Shown: positions 13,067 through 25,631, counted from the first letter of the whole stretch. The stretch is DNA of 52,558 nucleotides, filler included, from Sphacelaria rigidula (GCA_964200075.2; 4 parts of 4 records of this genome joined end to end with filler, not necessarily neighbours in it), one strand, 5' to 3'. Numbers and translations are program-made. The notes: generated by a model not told the origin, from the letters alone.

Positions 13067-13166
13067 NNNNNNNNNNNNNNNNNNNNNNNNNNNNNNNNNN
13101 NNNNNNNNNNTTAATTAATTAANNNNNNNNNNNNNNNNNNNNNNNNNNNNNNNNNNNNNNNNNNNN
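13067..13166. other. Artificial contig-join spacer (N44-TTAATTAATTAA-N44)
   Basis: Exactly 100 bp; the palindromic core gives stops in all six frames; identical to the other two spacers. Confidence 0.97.
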
Positions 13167-13948
13167 TTCACGTCAGCAATCACCCCGCACTGGGAATTAG
13201 TGGGGTGCAGCAGCGTCACGAAATATGTCGAACGCACGGCCCGATTCGGCGAGTCTTGAGCTGAAATTTTAGGAAGACCTTCTGCACCTAAGGAACTGAT
13301 ACTTCACGAGTCCAGCTGCAGATTCTCCTTTTTATCCTGGACTTGTGACATTATGTCGTTTTTTTCTGAAATTTTGAATCCCCATGACTTCCTTATTTTT
13401 CATATTTTTCTTTGCTGCTCCCGTGAACTTCTGCATTTCGATCATTAAAAGTTGCTGTCAAAATTTCAGCGTCCAACTTCTAATATCTCGCCGTGAGTCG
13501 CGTAAGCGGGGTTCGCGCCTACTCTTGGCTGGCCCAGCTCGTATGGAAGATCCAGATAGACTACCCTCGCGATCGGAGGGCTGAACATTTGGAACAGACG
13601 ATCGCTCATATGATGATGGAAGAAGAGGATGTCGGCTCGATCGGAATGCGACACCAACCACGCGTGTGAAACCGTTTCTTACGGTTTGTATCATGGGTGG
13701 GGCAGGGGGTGCGTGTTTGGCACTTTCGGGGCATTTGACACGGTTGTTGCCCCCCACATATGAATAGAGGACGTCGCCATCACGCGTCTTGGACACTTTG
13801 CATCGCCCCACCAAGAGGAGTCTAGACCACTTTCCCGATTCGCCGGCTCTGAGGTTTTGAGGGGGGGCTCTGGACCAAAATACAACTGGACATGAAAACA
13901 TACGGTGTCTAAAGGTTTGAAAACCCGTGAGCGAATCGGCAAAGTGGG

Positions 13949-14260
13949 CTAGACCGCGAGGAGGGTAGTCCATCTGGATTGGCCATACTTTTTCAGGTGG
14001 AATCGATGCCGATACAACAGGTGACCTGCTTTCGCCGTCCAAAGGTCAACCCTTGAAGACCACGAGGGTAGTCTATCTGGATCATGAATACTTTTTTCAA
14101 GTGAAATTGATGCCGTTTCAACCCATGACCTACCCTCGCGATCTAAGGGTTAATCCTTTCACCACGAGGGTAGGTGATATCTTACATCATTTTGCCCTAG
14201 TTTTTAAGTGTAAATGATGATGATCTCACGGATCGCCTACCGTCGCGGTGAGAAGGTTAA
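13949..14260. mobile_element. Three abutting ~105-bp piggyBac-type MITEs
   Basis: Units of the form TTAA-CCCT..GACCGCGAGGGTAG ... TGACCTACCCTCGCG.TCTAAGGG-TTAA sharing T(T/C)AA junctions. Confidence 0.75.
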
Positions 14261-14450
14261 ACCTGCAGACACCGTAGTTTTCATGCCCAACCGTGTTCTT
14301 GTTGAGGGGCCGTTTTCGAAACCTCGGGGCCAAGGGAGTCGGGAAAGGGCTAGACTCCTTCCGGTGGTGAAATGCAGAGTGTCGACGTGCGATGGTAATA
14401 TATTCCATGTTTGGGGGTAGAAAACGGTCTCAAATGTATCCCGTAAGTAG

Positions 14451-14489
<39 letters not shown>

Positions 14490-14968
14490 GCTATTTTAAT
14501 TTTCACCCCTCTTAACACACACGCGCTCGTCTTCGTTTGTTCTTNNNNNNNNNNAAGGGAGAGGGTCGACGTGGGATGGTAATATATTCCTTGTGGGGGG
14601 GGAAAAAACGGTCTCAAATGTTCCCCGTAAGGAGACCCCCCCCCCCCCCCCCCCCATACCAGCCCTGGTGTGATCTTTGCTAATTATCAACCCTTGAACT
14701 GTAAGGGTGTTCCATCTGGATCATGTATGCTTTTTCAAGTGAAATTGATGCCGATTCAACAGATGAGCTACCTATCGCCGCCTAATGGAGACCGCCAAGC
14801 ACAGTTCATACGTTGAATCGGCGTCAGCTTCACTTCAAAATTTATATGTACGTGTGTTTCGATTGACCTGGTTGATTGCCGCACATTCACTGATTTCCGA
14901 AGGACCCAACCCTAGCCACAAAACATTCATCTTTTTTTTTTCTTAACTAAATGACCATGGGTCGACAG

Positions 14969-15034
14969 GAGTCTACCGAGCTGGAGGGAGAGGAGCTGGA
15001 GCGGGAGCCCTATCCACCCAACCTTGAAAACGGG
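14969..15034 (+). CDS. Candidate exon of the PH-domain gene
   Basis: ACAG|GAG...GGG|GTGAGA; ESTELEGEELEREPYPPNLENG, phase 0-0; supported by splice signals only. Confidence 0.5.
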
Positions 15035-15098
15035 GTGAGATGAGATGTTTTCACAAGTCGGACAGCCCACGAGCTACCGAACTATTGCTGCTTATTAG

Positions 15099-15304
15099 AG
15101 GTATCTTGAACTCGGTTCCCGGTTTCCTGGTTTGTTTTTGTTATATTTTCAAGTGAAGGTGATCGCGGTTCATCGGACAATGAGATCCTTTGACCGCCAG
15201 GTCAGGTCCTCCTATGAATCGCCATCACTTTGACTTGACGAAATGGTACAAAACCCAGAGCCAGCGAATAAACCAGGGAATCAGGAACCGAGTTTGAGAT
15301 ACCT
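15099..15304. mobile_element. Fold-back MITE, 206 bp, with 7-bp TSD
   Basis: TIR AGGTATCTTGAACTCGGTTCC vs AGGTATCTCAAACTCGGTTCC; inverted symmetry continues inward; TTATTAG at 15092-15098 and 15305-15311. Confidence 0.85.
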
Positions 15305-15329
15305 TTATTAGTGTACTAATCCGGATTAG

Positions 15330-15412
15330 GAGCTGACTCATTTGGCGCCTTTTTTGCGTATTTACTCCCTACCGGGCTGGACGCCGAGCACGCCGGGGGT
15401 GGTGCACAGGTG
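15330..15412 (+). CDS. Candidate exon (C2-like segment) of the PH-domain gene
   Basis: Branch-like TACTAAT then TTAG|; ELTHLAPFLRIYSLPGWTPSTPGVVHR; strong donor TG|GTGAGT, phase 2. Confidence 0.5.
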
Positions 15413-15503
15413 GTGAGTGCACTGGCCTCTCGGTTGCTGGCACGTATTTTGTGTTCTCGGACAAGTGAGCTGAGAGTCCTCTTGATTCCATTAATTATTT
15501 TAG

Positions 15504-15570
15504 GTACGACGTAGCTCATGACCTGTCCGATGTGCAAATATTCTGCACACCCTGGACGAAAGATTCCATT
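15504..15570 (+). CDS. Candidate exon of the PH-domain gene
   Basis: TTTTAG|G, phase 2, matches the previous donor; (W)YDVAHDLSDVQIFCTPWTKDSI; weak donor GTGAAA. Confidence 0.35.
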
Positions 15571-15846
15571 GTGAAAATTTGTACTGCGTACAGTACCGGT
15601 TATTGCGTCCATTGTAATAGACAAAATATTCCGTGCTGTACACAGTACACTTTTTGGAAATGAAGTCTAATATCCAGGGTGTGGTGTTCTGACATATGTA
15701 TCCGTTCGTTTCGAGCGGGAGTCGATGGACACATGCCGACGTGCTGACGTTTATGGTAGACCGGTATGGCCATGATGACAGAACGATAATGGTGTCACTG
15801 TTGTTTGCATGGTCACGAGGAGTTTTGCGCGCCTTGTGCACTGTAG

Positions 15847-15961
15847 GAGAAATTGGGTGATGTAGCAAAACTTGTGTTTCGTGTTTCGCGGGTAATTTCT
15901 GAAAGTCAAGAAGCGAAGGAGCAGAGCATAGCGGAATTTGAACTACAGATCTCGAGGGACG
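15847..15961 (+). CDS. Candidate exon (C2-like beta strands); 3' boundary uncertain
   Basis: TGTAG|GAG; EKLGDVAKLVFRVSRVISESQEAKEQSIAEFELQISRD resembles the C2 L.F.V....IGE..I.L pattern. Confidence 0.4.
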
Positions 15962-16689
15962 GTGCACGTGGTTCGCTGTACACATGGTCGGAGTCACCAT
16001 GCGGGTGTGTGTATATGTGTTGGGTGCAAAGGGATGCACTCTCGGTGTGGTGTAACGGTACACAAGCATACGTATGCGTTTCCGCTGTGTGAAGGGCTGT
16101 CCTGCTTGTACTTTTCCGGGAAATGGTGCTCGCCGGTATGTGCAGGTGCGATCGAAAACACTGGGAGGAAAGGCACAACGAGAGAGGGAAAGGAAGAGGA
16201 AGGGGCTGTCTATGTTTTCTTGGGAATCAACCAACCCGCTGCACTAATGTTCCTCATGTCAATAATAAGTCTCTTTTCAATCGGTGCCTGTCTCCGATAT
16301 GATTTCACAGTCTCGACGATCCGGATCATGTCTCCCGCGGCCCATGTCCGAGGAATCATTGGCAAAATATTGGACCAGCTCTCCCTCTGCCCAGGATCAC
16401 CGATTGTATCCGTTCGGGTCCACCATTGTTATGGGATCCCTCCATTACCGTTCATCACACCAACCATCAATCAGCCCGCACTCACGCCTGGAATTTTACA
16501 AGAATGAAATCACATGGGCAAACAGCGTTCTCGACCCAACCGGATGCGCATACCTCTCTACACGGTCCCCCTTACACGCCGTCATCCCTGCCCCCCTTCC
16601 CCTCCCCCTTCCCCCCGGCATACGTGCGTCACCGCCGTTTACTTACCCCTTTTGCCGTGCTCAAAATATGCGATGTTTACTCATGACAG

Positions 16690-16833
16690 GTGAATGTGCT
16701 CAAGAGAAATATCGCGGGGGTGCCCGAGCCGAGGCAGCTGTACGTTCACGCAGACTCGATCGAGCTGTTTAACCCGGAGAAACGGCGCTTTCGACCGCAG
16801 TCCAGGTTCCATCTTCTCACTGACATCATCGGG
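16690..16833 (+). CDS. PH-domain protein exon (N-terminal half of PH fold)
   Basis: GACAG|GTG...GGG|GTAGGT, phase 0-0; VNVLKRNIAGVPEPRQLYVHADSIELFNPEKRRFRPQSRFHLLTDIIG. Not in the ORF track. Confidence 0.75.
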
Positions 16834-17279
16834 GTAGGTGTCGAGTAAGTAGTGGAGCATCAATTTTGCTTGAAAAAGTATGCATATGATCCAGATGGAC
16901 TACTCGCGATGTAAGGGTTAACTACGGCGCGGAAAAGGATAGCCTGTGAGAGTACCCTTTATTGTAAACAAACCAAGAGGGTAGGGACACCTTGCGCTCT
17001 GCTAAAGAACATTCCGTCACCCTTTTTTGGCGACGTGTTGACTTTTTTTTTTGTGGAGTGGTGACGGCACCGCCAGCTTCACAGAAGATACGCCGAACAG
17101 TCACAACCATACCCATTTGTTGGTGAAGTTATACCGTACTAAAAAGGCCGAAACTTAGCGACCAACAAACAATTCGTGGCCCATTGCTGGTTAGCCCGCA
17201 TAACCGCAAGATCCGACGATGCAGACAGGGTGCGAACGCATGTGTGCCGGAGCTCACAAAGATCTAACAGAGGTTGGTT

Positions 17280-17590
17280 AAAATCCTTGACCCGCGAGGG
17301 TAGGTCACCTGCTGAATCGGTATTAACCCTTGAAAAAAATTATGCGTGATACAGATGGACTACCCGCATGGCGACCTGAGGGTTAACCCTTACACCCCGA
17401 TGCGGGTTGTCCATCTGGATCCCACACTTTTTTCAAATGAAGTTGATGCCGCTTCAGTATGTGACTTGCCCTCGCTGTCGAGGGGTTAACCCCTAGACCG
17501 CGGTGCGGGTAGTCGATCCGGATGACACATCCTTCTTCAAGTGAACGTTGATGCCCATTCAGCATGTGACCTACCCTCGCGGTCAACGCC
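17280..17590. mobile_element. Three abutting piggyBac-type MITEs
   Basis: GGG-TTAA-CCC junctions at about 17380-17390 and 17483-17493; same family as 13949-14153. Confidence 0.75.
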
Positions 17591-17803
17591 TCAACCTCAA
17601 ACTCTACTGAACGCACGCGTGTGAAAAGTCTCGCCGGCACCCACACGCCCGAACAAACAAAAGACCTCTGCGTGAAAACACCATGTTTCTGGGAGTCCGG
17701 TCCCAAAAGGATAAACGTTATCCGTAGTGTTGTGGAACAATGTACATTGACGTCAGCAGCGAAGGTTAGTGTACACACGCCAAGAGCACAGCACCCCCAT
17801 TAA

Positions 17804-19565
17804 CCCTTTTGGGACTGGGCCTCCAGAACGACATATCCAGGAATGACGTGTCCTGCATATGCATGAAGCAGTGGCTTCATGTTGCTAAATATCCACGTAT
17901 ATATCTAACCGCTGGCTTAGATGAAGACCGCAAGTTTTATCCAATCCATTTTCCAGGTGCAGGTACAAATTGTCTGTACTAAAATTCGAGCGTTGTGCGC
18001 ATCAGGTAATGTACATACTTCCGCTGTCCCATAAGTCTGTGCCGTCATATTCGTATGAGCCCTTAACGATGTCCGATTTGATTTTCGATTTTTTGGTTGC
18101 ATTTGTTGGCGTTTTTTGAGCTCGAAACAATAATATTTCTGCAACGAGGGTGCTTAACCCCTAGACCGCGAGATAAGTCTTTCTGGATCATGCATAATTT
18201 TTTTTCACTTGAAATTAATGCCGATTCAACAGAAGACTAACCTCGCGGTCTAAGGGTTGAACCGTGCAGCCTCGCGACCGAGAAAAAGTGGGTCGGTCAA
18301 AATATGACCATTTTTCGCATTTTTTCCCCCAGTAAAGCATAACAGACCCGGGAATCGCGAAGAATCGTGAAAAAAAGGTGTAAACCGCAAAACCACCCCT
18401 GATTTGGATATCTCCGTGACGTTAACCTACGCACGCGCCATCTAACGAATTTCCAGCATGCAATCGCTAGTACTCGACGTACGAACGTACAGAATCGGTC
18501 AATATTGAGGTGTAAGTGGACCAAAAAGGGCAAGAATGGGGTATATTTTGACCTAATTTTAGTATTGAAAAAAACATACATGGATATGTTTTTTCCCCCC
18601 TCTTTTCTTGAGTCAGCTTCGTCTGCGCGTTACCTCTCTAACGAACCCAACTGTAGGATAATTGTCAGCGTTGGAATGCCCAAACGATCAAACGTCCATA
18701 ACGGCACAGACTTATGGGACAGAGGAAGTATGTATCAAGCAGTCTGAGTCGCCGCAGAGAGCTTTCAACGGGATATGGCGACCGCCGCCCGCGACTTGTG
18801 GCTTTGGGTATTGTCCCCATCACCTTGCCACACAGCCCTTCGTGGTTGGAGTGGGCCGCCATTTCCCTCTTTGTTGCAACTGGCAAATTCTCTTCGAACG
18901 GCATGGGCGTTGCGCTGCAGACAGAGTACAGTGCAGCACGCCTTCCCGAATGCAGCAGCAGCTGCCGCTGCATACTCCCTCACATGTTGTGGGCAGTTCT
19001 CCACGAAGATCAGCTGCCTATACACAGCTTGTTTGTTACCGTTGATGAAATACGACCTCACCGCCGCTTGTACCGGTTCGAGAGAGGGACACGCAGAACT
19101 CGTGCCTCTAGCTCCCTCTTTCGTCCCACAGCGTTGCCAGATTCAGTCGCCTTGTGAACATGACCACGTACATGATAAGTAGGGTACATCTATTCCCAAA
19201 TTTCCTCCGAGCACGACGTGCTAGTGTTATCAAGTAGGTTTTACTACAGGATGCTGACCCAAAAAAAATCGGGGGATGGGAGGTCGGACCTGTATAAAAT
19301 GCAAGTAAATGATGACAAAATCGGAAATCCGAGTCCCGACCACTTGGGCTTCCTTTTGCCTCGAAGGTTTTTTTGTGGGCCAGGGACACGGTACACCAAC
19401 TTTGCAGTGACATCACTCCCGACGACCGCCCCCCTCACTGGCCGCTCTGATGTGGTCGATAAATTTCGCCTGGCCGTGATTGGACAGGTCGCTCCCAGAC
19501 TTGTTCATTCTTATTTTAGTCATACATGGTGAACCCCTTGTCACTGAGATTTAGTCTCAAAAGGG
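17804..19565. mobile_element. Non-autonomous piggyBac-like element (~1.76 kb) with nested MITE at ~18154-18260
   Basis: TTAA|CCCTTTTGGGACTG ... TAGTCTCAAAAGGG|TTAA (TIR 12/14, TTAA on both sides); internal inverted repeat 18011-18043 / 18703-18735; no recognisable transposase. Confidence 0.55.
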
Positions 19566-20519
19566 TTAAGGATCCGGATTTACACCACACTAAAATCCAA
19601 TACCTATCAAATAGTGAACTATACTGCAGCAGCGTCCACGTACCTGTTCGATGGAGAGCGAAAGTAAGATGACTGTCTCCTACCGTTGTTTCCGGCGAAG
19701 ACACGACACACGTACTGAACCTGTACATCACGAGCGGAGGAACTAGCACGTTGTCCGTGACCATGTTATCCATGGTTCGATTTTCGTGACGAGAACGGTC
19801 ACGTACTGCAAGACTGCGAGGTACTGTAGTCCATTCCAGTCCGTCTGGGGTGAGCATTCTGGCCGAACACAGCTGTGGAGGTGGTTACTCGGCTCCTCTC
19901 GGAATTATTGCTGACTCTGACCTTCCTGCGTGGCGTCGTCACACGATGCCCTCCAGGCGTGTGTGTGCAAGCAAGACTTCCCACAGATGTATGTTGGATC
20001 TTTGTGAGCTCCGGCACACATGCGTTAGTGCCCTGTTTGTATCGTCGGATCTTGCGGATCTGCGGGCCAACCAGCAGGGGGCTACGATGTGTTGGTCCTT
20101 GGGTTTCGGCCTTCTTGGTGGGGTATAATTTCACAAAAAGGGGTTGAACAGGGTGCGTTTGACCCGTACGCTGCGAGAGTAGGACATTTATTGAATCAGC
20201 ATCAACTTCACATGAAAAAAGTATGCGTGATCCAGATGGACTGCCACCCTCGCGGTCTAAGGGTTTACGGGTCAACGCGTCAACGGAAAAGGGTAACAGG
20301 AAAATACTCAGCAGAGCGCAGGGTGTACCCTCCTGGTTTGTTCCATAAAAGGGTGCTCTCACAGGCTCTCATTTTTCGCAGAAGGAAGGTGGAGACGTAA
20401 AATAACGAAAAAATCCCGTGTTGACCTTCCTCTTGTGTGACCCCGGCTTGTTCGCCGACAGATACCGAAAGGTGGAGACCGGCGTCCAAAATAGATGAGA
20501 CGACAACACACACACATAC

Positions 20520-21020
20520 ACACTCGAAAGTGCTAGCGTCGACAGTGTTGACAAAATAAGTAGACTGTGCTCAAATCATAATGCCCAAGTTGGTGTTGTG
20601 GGGGCTATAGGGAGTAAAGACCCTGTTTATCAGGAGGGTGTTATTGTCCGTGAATGGTCCAAGAAACATGGTTTTCTGGCTCTAGCGCGGTGAGACGGTG
20701 GAATTTGAGGGAAATAATCATGAAATATTTTCATGCATTCACATGTATGATCGGGATGGAGACGGGTTACCGAAAATATCGAAAATCTAGAACCTGGGGT
20801 TGCCCTTTCGCAGGACCCCCCGAAGATCGTTCAAACTCGTTCAAGCTCGTAAGACATTTGATATTTTCGATACTTGTCATAAGAAATATCGTACCTCCAG
20901 ATCCCCATTTTTTGGCATCCAAAATTCTCTGTGATGAGCGGTGGCAGTCGAAAGAAAGTTGGAAAAATCTCCAAGTAACTAAGAAATCACGAATTCCGCA
21001 GACTTTTGATGCTGACAACT
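20520..21020. repeat. Dispersed repeat shared with contig 4
   Basis: Reverse-complement homology to about 50190-50680 (e.g. CAATAACACCCTCCTGATAAAC, CCCCCACAACACCAACTTGGGCA). Confidence 0.75.
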
Positions 21021-21042
21021 GAGGTGGTATCACGCCAAACAA

Positions 21043-22370
21043 TTACATAACATGGTGTGCCTCGGTGCAGGTTGCCATGTACATTTTAGCCCCCTCCTCG
21101 ACGACTCGGCACCGTTCGGACGCATCTTGGGCAACCTGCTCCCACCGTGTGGCGCTTATCCCAAAGGTCAAACAGTATACCGTGATACAGTGTCGTGGAC
21201 GTCTTGCTGGTCGGCCTGCCTTCGTATTCCTTCCGACCATCACTCCACTCATGACGATGTTGGCAAGGCGTTCATCATGCATGCGCAAAACGCGGCTGGC
21301 GTGAAAAAACATTTTTCTCACCACGGTGGCCTCGATGCACCGGTAGGTAGTTCTTTCGAGGACCTCGTGGTATGACAGGATGTGGTCGTTTGGGGCGCTG
21401 CGGCTTTAGGTATGCTTGTTGAGGTACCTTAGCAAGAATCCTCAATATGCTTCCCGCAACGCGTCGAAGTTGTCGTGGGCGATCGTCCAGGTCACGCAGC
21501 CGTTCAGCATTACCTCCATCACTTGAGTCTTCTGGAGACGAACGTTGGTGGCCGGGACGAGGCATGGGTTGTCGTATTCCGCTCTGCTGTACTTGTTGAA
21601 GCACGTCCAGGACTGGCCTATGCGGCTGTGGATCTCAGGAGTGAGATCCCGATATCAGGAGTGACATCATCGATGCTGATAATTTTCCCGCCAAGGTAGA
21701 GGAAGGACTCAACTTGCTTGTATCTTCGGCCCGCCGCCTCCACCTCGACCACATCCGCCTCCATCTGGGGAGACGCATGTTCATGATTGTCTTCTTTTCC
21801 GCCACGACGAGGCCGAATCCCGCACATCGACGACGACCGTCATTGTCTTTGCTAGGCTTCGTCGAGACCGCGAGGCGATGCCAGCGTCGTCGGCGTATCA
21901 CATGGCTCAAACGCCCTATGCTGAGTTTGTCCCTGATCTTCCCGCCCCTTTCAGCGATGCGGGTGAAGTCCTGCGCCACTGCTTTTTGGTCGAGAAACGG
22001 TCGGACGTCACCGTCAGCATCGCCGCGAAGAAGATGTCGGAACAGACCGGGGGAAAGCACACAGCCTTAGCGGAGGCCCTGGTCAACGTCAAACCGCTCA
22101 CCTGTCCCGCCGCTGTTGAGGCGTACGCTTGCCCGCATGCCGCCGTGGAACTGGCGGATAATGGAAATCATGTTGGCGGGGATACCGTAGCGTGCCAGAA
22201 TTTTCCAGAGAAGAGAGCGGTCCACTGAGTCGTGTGCCTGTTGGAGGGGGATGGAACACATGCACAGGGGGGGGGGTTCTTCTCTCTGGCCAGTTCTTGG
22301 AGCCTGCGCACAACAAACATCATTTCGACTGTCGACCGCCCGGGTCGGAAACCGATATTCGGATCTTCAG
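21043..22370 (-). mobile_element. RTE-type LINE reverse transcriptase relic (frameshifted)
   Basis: Minus-strand fragments GFRPGRSTVEMMFVVRRLQEL, DSVDRSLLWKILARYGIP, FDVDQGLR*GCVL, YADDAG (~21881-21898), FLYLGGKI and RWEQVAQDASE; multiple frameshifts and stops. Confidence 0.92.
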
Positions 22371-23057
22371 TGGGGCTAACAGTTCCCCAGTTGCTTTTAG
22401 CATGCGCAAAAAGGAATTATCATTCATTATCTCGTTGTGGGCGCCTGCGGCGCACATTTATGATCTGCCCACTGTACGCCTCCTTCGCCCGAGGGTTCTC
22501 GGTATGCCTTGGGTTGGGTAAAATTGGTGTTGCATTTTCAGAACGTCATATCTTCCTTCCCTCATGGGCGTGTGTATTTTGAGGCCGACCGGACATGGTT
22601 GATGATATCATCGTCCCATTTTTTTGTTCTGTACTCTATCGTGCCGTTGTTCTATGATGAGGGTTGTATATCATGAAACGAAATCAAAACTGGAATGATC
22701 ATGGTCATGATACGGTTATTCATCACGTCTTCCCCATGTCTAGGAAAATACGAAACCACGAAAAAACCGTTCTCAACCGATCTCAACCCTTATCCACCAA
22801 TTTTCCATTTATTTGAATTTGTCTTGTGCTAATCCTCTCTCCTTTGATCGTCATCCCCCCGTCAGACTGCCGAAATATATATATATATATAATATATTTG
22901 TCATGATTTTTTTGTATGCGTTTGGAATTGTTACGTGTTAACCCCCCCCCCCCCCCCCCCCCCCCCCAAACAAAAAACAAAAACACCAAAGGGCACCCAA
23001 AAAAAACCAGAGCACGTCGTTGTATGCTCCTCCCAAAAACAAAAACATGAACATCAG

Positions 23058-23282
23058 GTGGAACCAGAAAGCAAACGGAGCATGTCGTTGTCACTGGGAT
23101 CGAAGATGATGTATCTCACCTTCGCAAATAACGAGACGCGGGAATTCATGTTGGAACACCTGAAGAACATGCGCGAGCTCGCGAGGGAGGGAAAGGCGAA
23201 GCAGGCAGCGTCATCAAGATTCGGATTTTCTCGGAGTGCCAGCGCGCGCACCCTCGACGAGGACATCGGTCGAAATAGGTGA
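23058..23282 (+). CDS. PH-domain protein exon (C-terminal half); terminal, or internal ending at 23278
   Basis: ATCAG|GTG, phase 0; VEPESKRSMSLSLGSKMMYLTFANNETREFMLEHLKNMRELAREG gives strand-strand-strand-helix completing the PH fold; TGA at 23280, alternatively donor AG|GTGACT. Confidence 0.75.
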   Translation: MEPESKRSMSLSLGSKMMYLTFANNETREFMLEHLKNMRELAREGKAKQAASSRFGFSRSASARTLDEDIGRNR

Positions 23283-24203
23283 CTGTCTCGTGCCAATCTA
23301 AATGGTTGTAGGGGGGCGTCCTCGTCTGGTGCTTACTCGAATCCTTGGACAGTGACCCCCCGCAAGTGGACTGAGTTTGACTGCCACATGTTTGGCATCT
23401 GTGTAGAACGTAGTGCCGGAGAACCCCTGACCGGTTTCGACCCTGACCCGTGCAGAGTCTGTACGTGTGCTACAGTGCGGTGGACGAGAAAGCTCCCCAA
23501 AAGATGAGTATTGCGATCTCGACATGAATTGCGTGAACGTGGACATGAACGACCACCTATCCTGAACTATCAGATCGTTGTTTTCTTCGCCGCTGTTTTT
23601 CGATCGAAGAATGTCCTGAAGACAGCCTAATGAGCTCGTGTTGCGACAACAATCAATAAAGCCAATCGTATGTGTGTGTGTGTGTGCCTGCGCGCGTTGC
23701 CAATTATTAGTACGTATATCGTAGTGTAATGGAAGACTTCTAACTAGGACTCCACTAGGATCGTACGGCGTGACTTCGTGTTGCTGCCGCAGAAGGTGAT
23801 GTCCAGTTCCGAAAAAGGGCGCCGTCATAGCTCTGCTGCCAAAGGATCTCTGAAGCAAGGCGTATTTTTCGCCTATTGATATTCAGGAGAAGGATTAGCC
23901 GTCAGCGTGCGGTGGTAAACAGTGAAACTGAGCTTGTGTAGAGTACATACTGTTCTCCCGATCCCTCGCGGTGGCTCCATCCTCTCGAGCCCTTTCTACC
24001 CTAGGATTCCGTTACCTAGGGCATGAGGTGTCCGTCCGGACAGGTCTGGACATTTTGGGACTGCTGACTCATGTGTCCGGCGGACTAGTTTCTTGTTGCG
24101 CGCTCCTCTGTGCCGGTCGCCCCGGTGACTCAATTGGTAACCTCAAAACCTTCTGACGGTTGGGGTCGTGGATACGAATCTCGGAGCGATCTGGGAATTT
24201 TTT

Positions 24204-24495
24204 ACACGTCGGACGAGTCATCACTCGTCGAGACGAGTGTACTCGTCTATGTTTCTTGAAAACACAACGAACATGACTAGTGTGCTCGAGCCATTTTTTT
24301 TTTTACAACGAGCAATGATTCGTGTGCTCGAGTCATTACTTTTTCTTACAACGAGCAATGACTCGAGTCCTCGCCCTACTACTTTTTTTCCACAACGAGC
24401 AGTGACTGGAGTGCTCGCCCTAGTAATTTTTACGGCCAACTATCAGCCCAACGAGTGCGAATGCCACGAGTCACACTCGTGCTCGTTCGACGTAT
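24204..24495. mobile_element. MITE with internal ACAACGAGCAATGACTCG repeats and ~9-bp TSD
   Basis: TIR ACACGTCGGACGAG / ATACGTCGAACGAG; flanks GAATTTTTT and GGATTTTTT (8/9). Confidence 0.65.
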
Positions 24496-24639
24496 GGATT
24501 TTTTGTCACACAATCCCCAACGCTGGAGAGCAATGTCGTGAACAATTAAAAAAATGACTTCACGGTCGACGAGGGAAAGGGACTGCTGAACCCCTCTCGC
24601 GATACAAAATATAGGCAGGCGACGCAGAAGAAAGGTGAA

Positions 24640-24759
24640 AAACTAAAGCAAACAAAAGAGAATAAACTCCTGTGTTGGCACTCCTCCTGTATGACCCCGA
24701 CTGGTGCGCCCACATATACCGAAAGAAGTTGACCGGCTTCTTGAAAAAATGGAACGACG

Positions 24760-24788
<29 letters not shown>
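24640..24788 (-). repeat. Retroelement-like dispersed repeat ending at a (CA)n tract
   Basis: Homologous to 20400-20523, both followed by CA repeats. Confidence 0.6.
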
Positions 24789-24793
<5 letters not shown>

Positions 24794-25525
24794 GTCCAAG
24801 AACCGTCGAGAACGGTCAAAATCTAGAAGAAAAATGCCATTGTTCTCTGGACTTGACCGTTTCTGGACAAAATGCTTGTTTGGCCAGAATGTATACTGCG
24901 GTCACCGGAAAACGCGAAGATGTCCTAGAATCACCCCAACAAGTAGAACAAGTCAATCCAAGATGTCAAACGCCGCCTAGCTCTCTTTGAGGGCGTAAAA
25001 CAATGAAGAAGGGCGAAGAGAGTATGTCGACAGGACTTGTCTTTTGCTCGCCTGAACGAGCGGTCTTAAACCCTATTCTTTAGTCACGTCAGCCTGTGGC
25101 CACGGAAGGCGTTCGTACCAGAGAGCATACATGATAACAGTTTCGAATATGAGAACACCACCATCACCACCACCACCAGCAGCAGGAGCCGCACGTTTTT
25201 TGACGATCATTTTTTGCGAAGACGCATGGTGATGGCTGTGATTCAACCCCTCGAAAAAAGCGCTCTGAAATCGTTTTTTTCGAAACGATTTTGTTTTGAC
25301 CCCAAATAAGGAGCATTTACGTTCCGTTGACAGGGGGACATGCAGAGGCTCAACTCTTCGACCGTGAGGGTAGTCTATCCGGATCATCCACACTTTTTTC
25401 AAGTGAAGTTGATACGGCGGGTGCAGCAGATGACCAACTCTCCCTGTCAAAGGGTTAACAAACGACCCAAGGAACTTACTCATAGCCCTCGCAAACCAAA
25501 AACACACAGCCCGAGCCGTAGCTGT

Positions 25526-25631
25526 TTAACCCTCGGACTGCAAGATTAGTCTTTCTGGATCATGCATACTTTCTTTCACTCGATATTGATGCCGATTCAA
25601 CAGAAGACTAACCTCGCGATCTAAGGGTTAA
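25526..25631. mobile_element. piggyBac-type MITE copy
   Basis: TTAACCCTCGGAC...CCTCGCGATCTAAGGGTTAA; further copies at ~14687-14790, 16855-16921, 18154-18260, 20160-20267, 25350-25458 and 26189-26231. Confidence 0.75.

Noticed and set aside
14377..14690. Tandem duplication around a 10-N gap (14545-14554)
   Set aside because: The second copy differs mainly by smeared G/C/A runs next to poly-C tracts; most likely an unmerged low-quality overlap.
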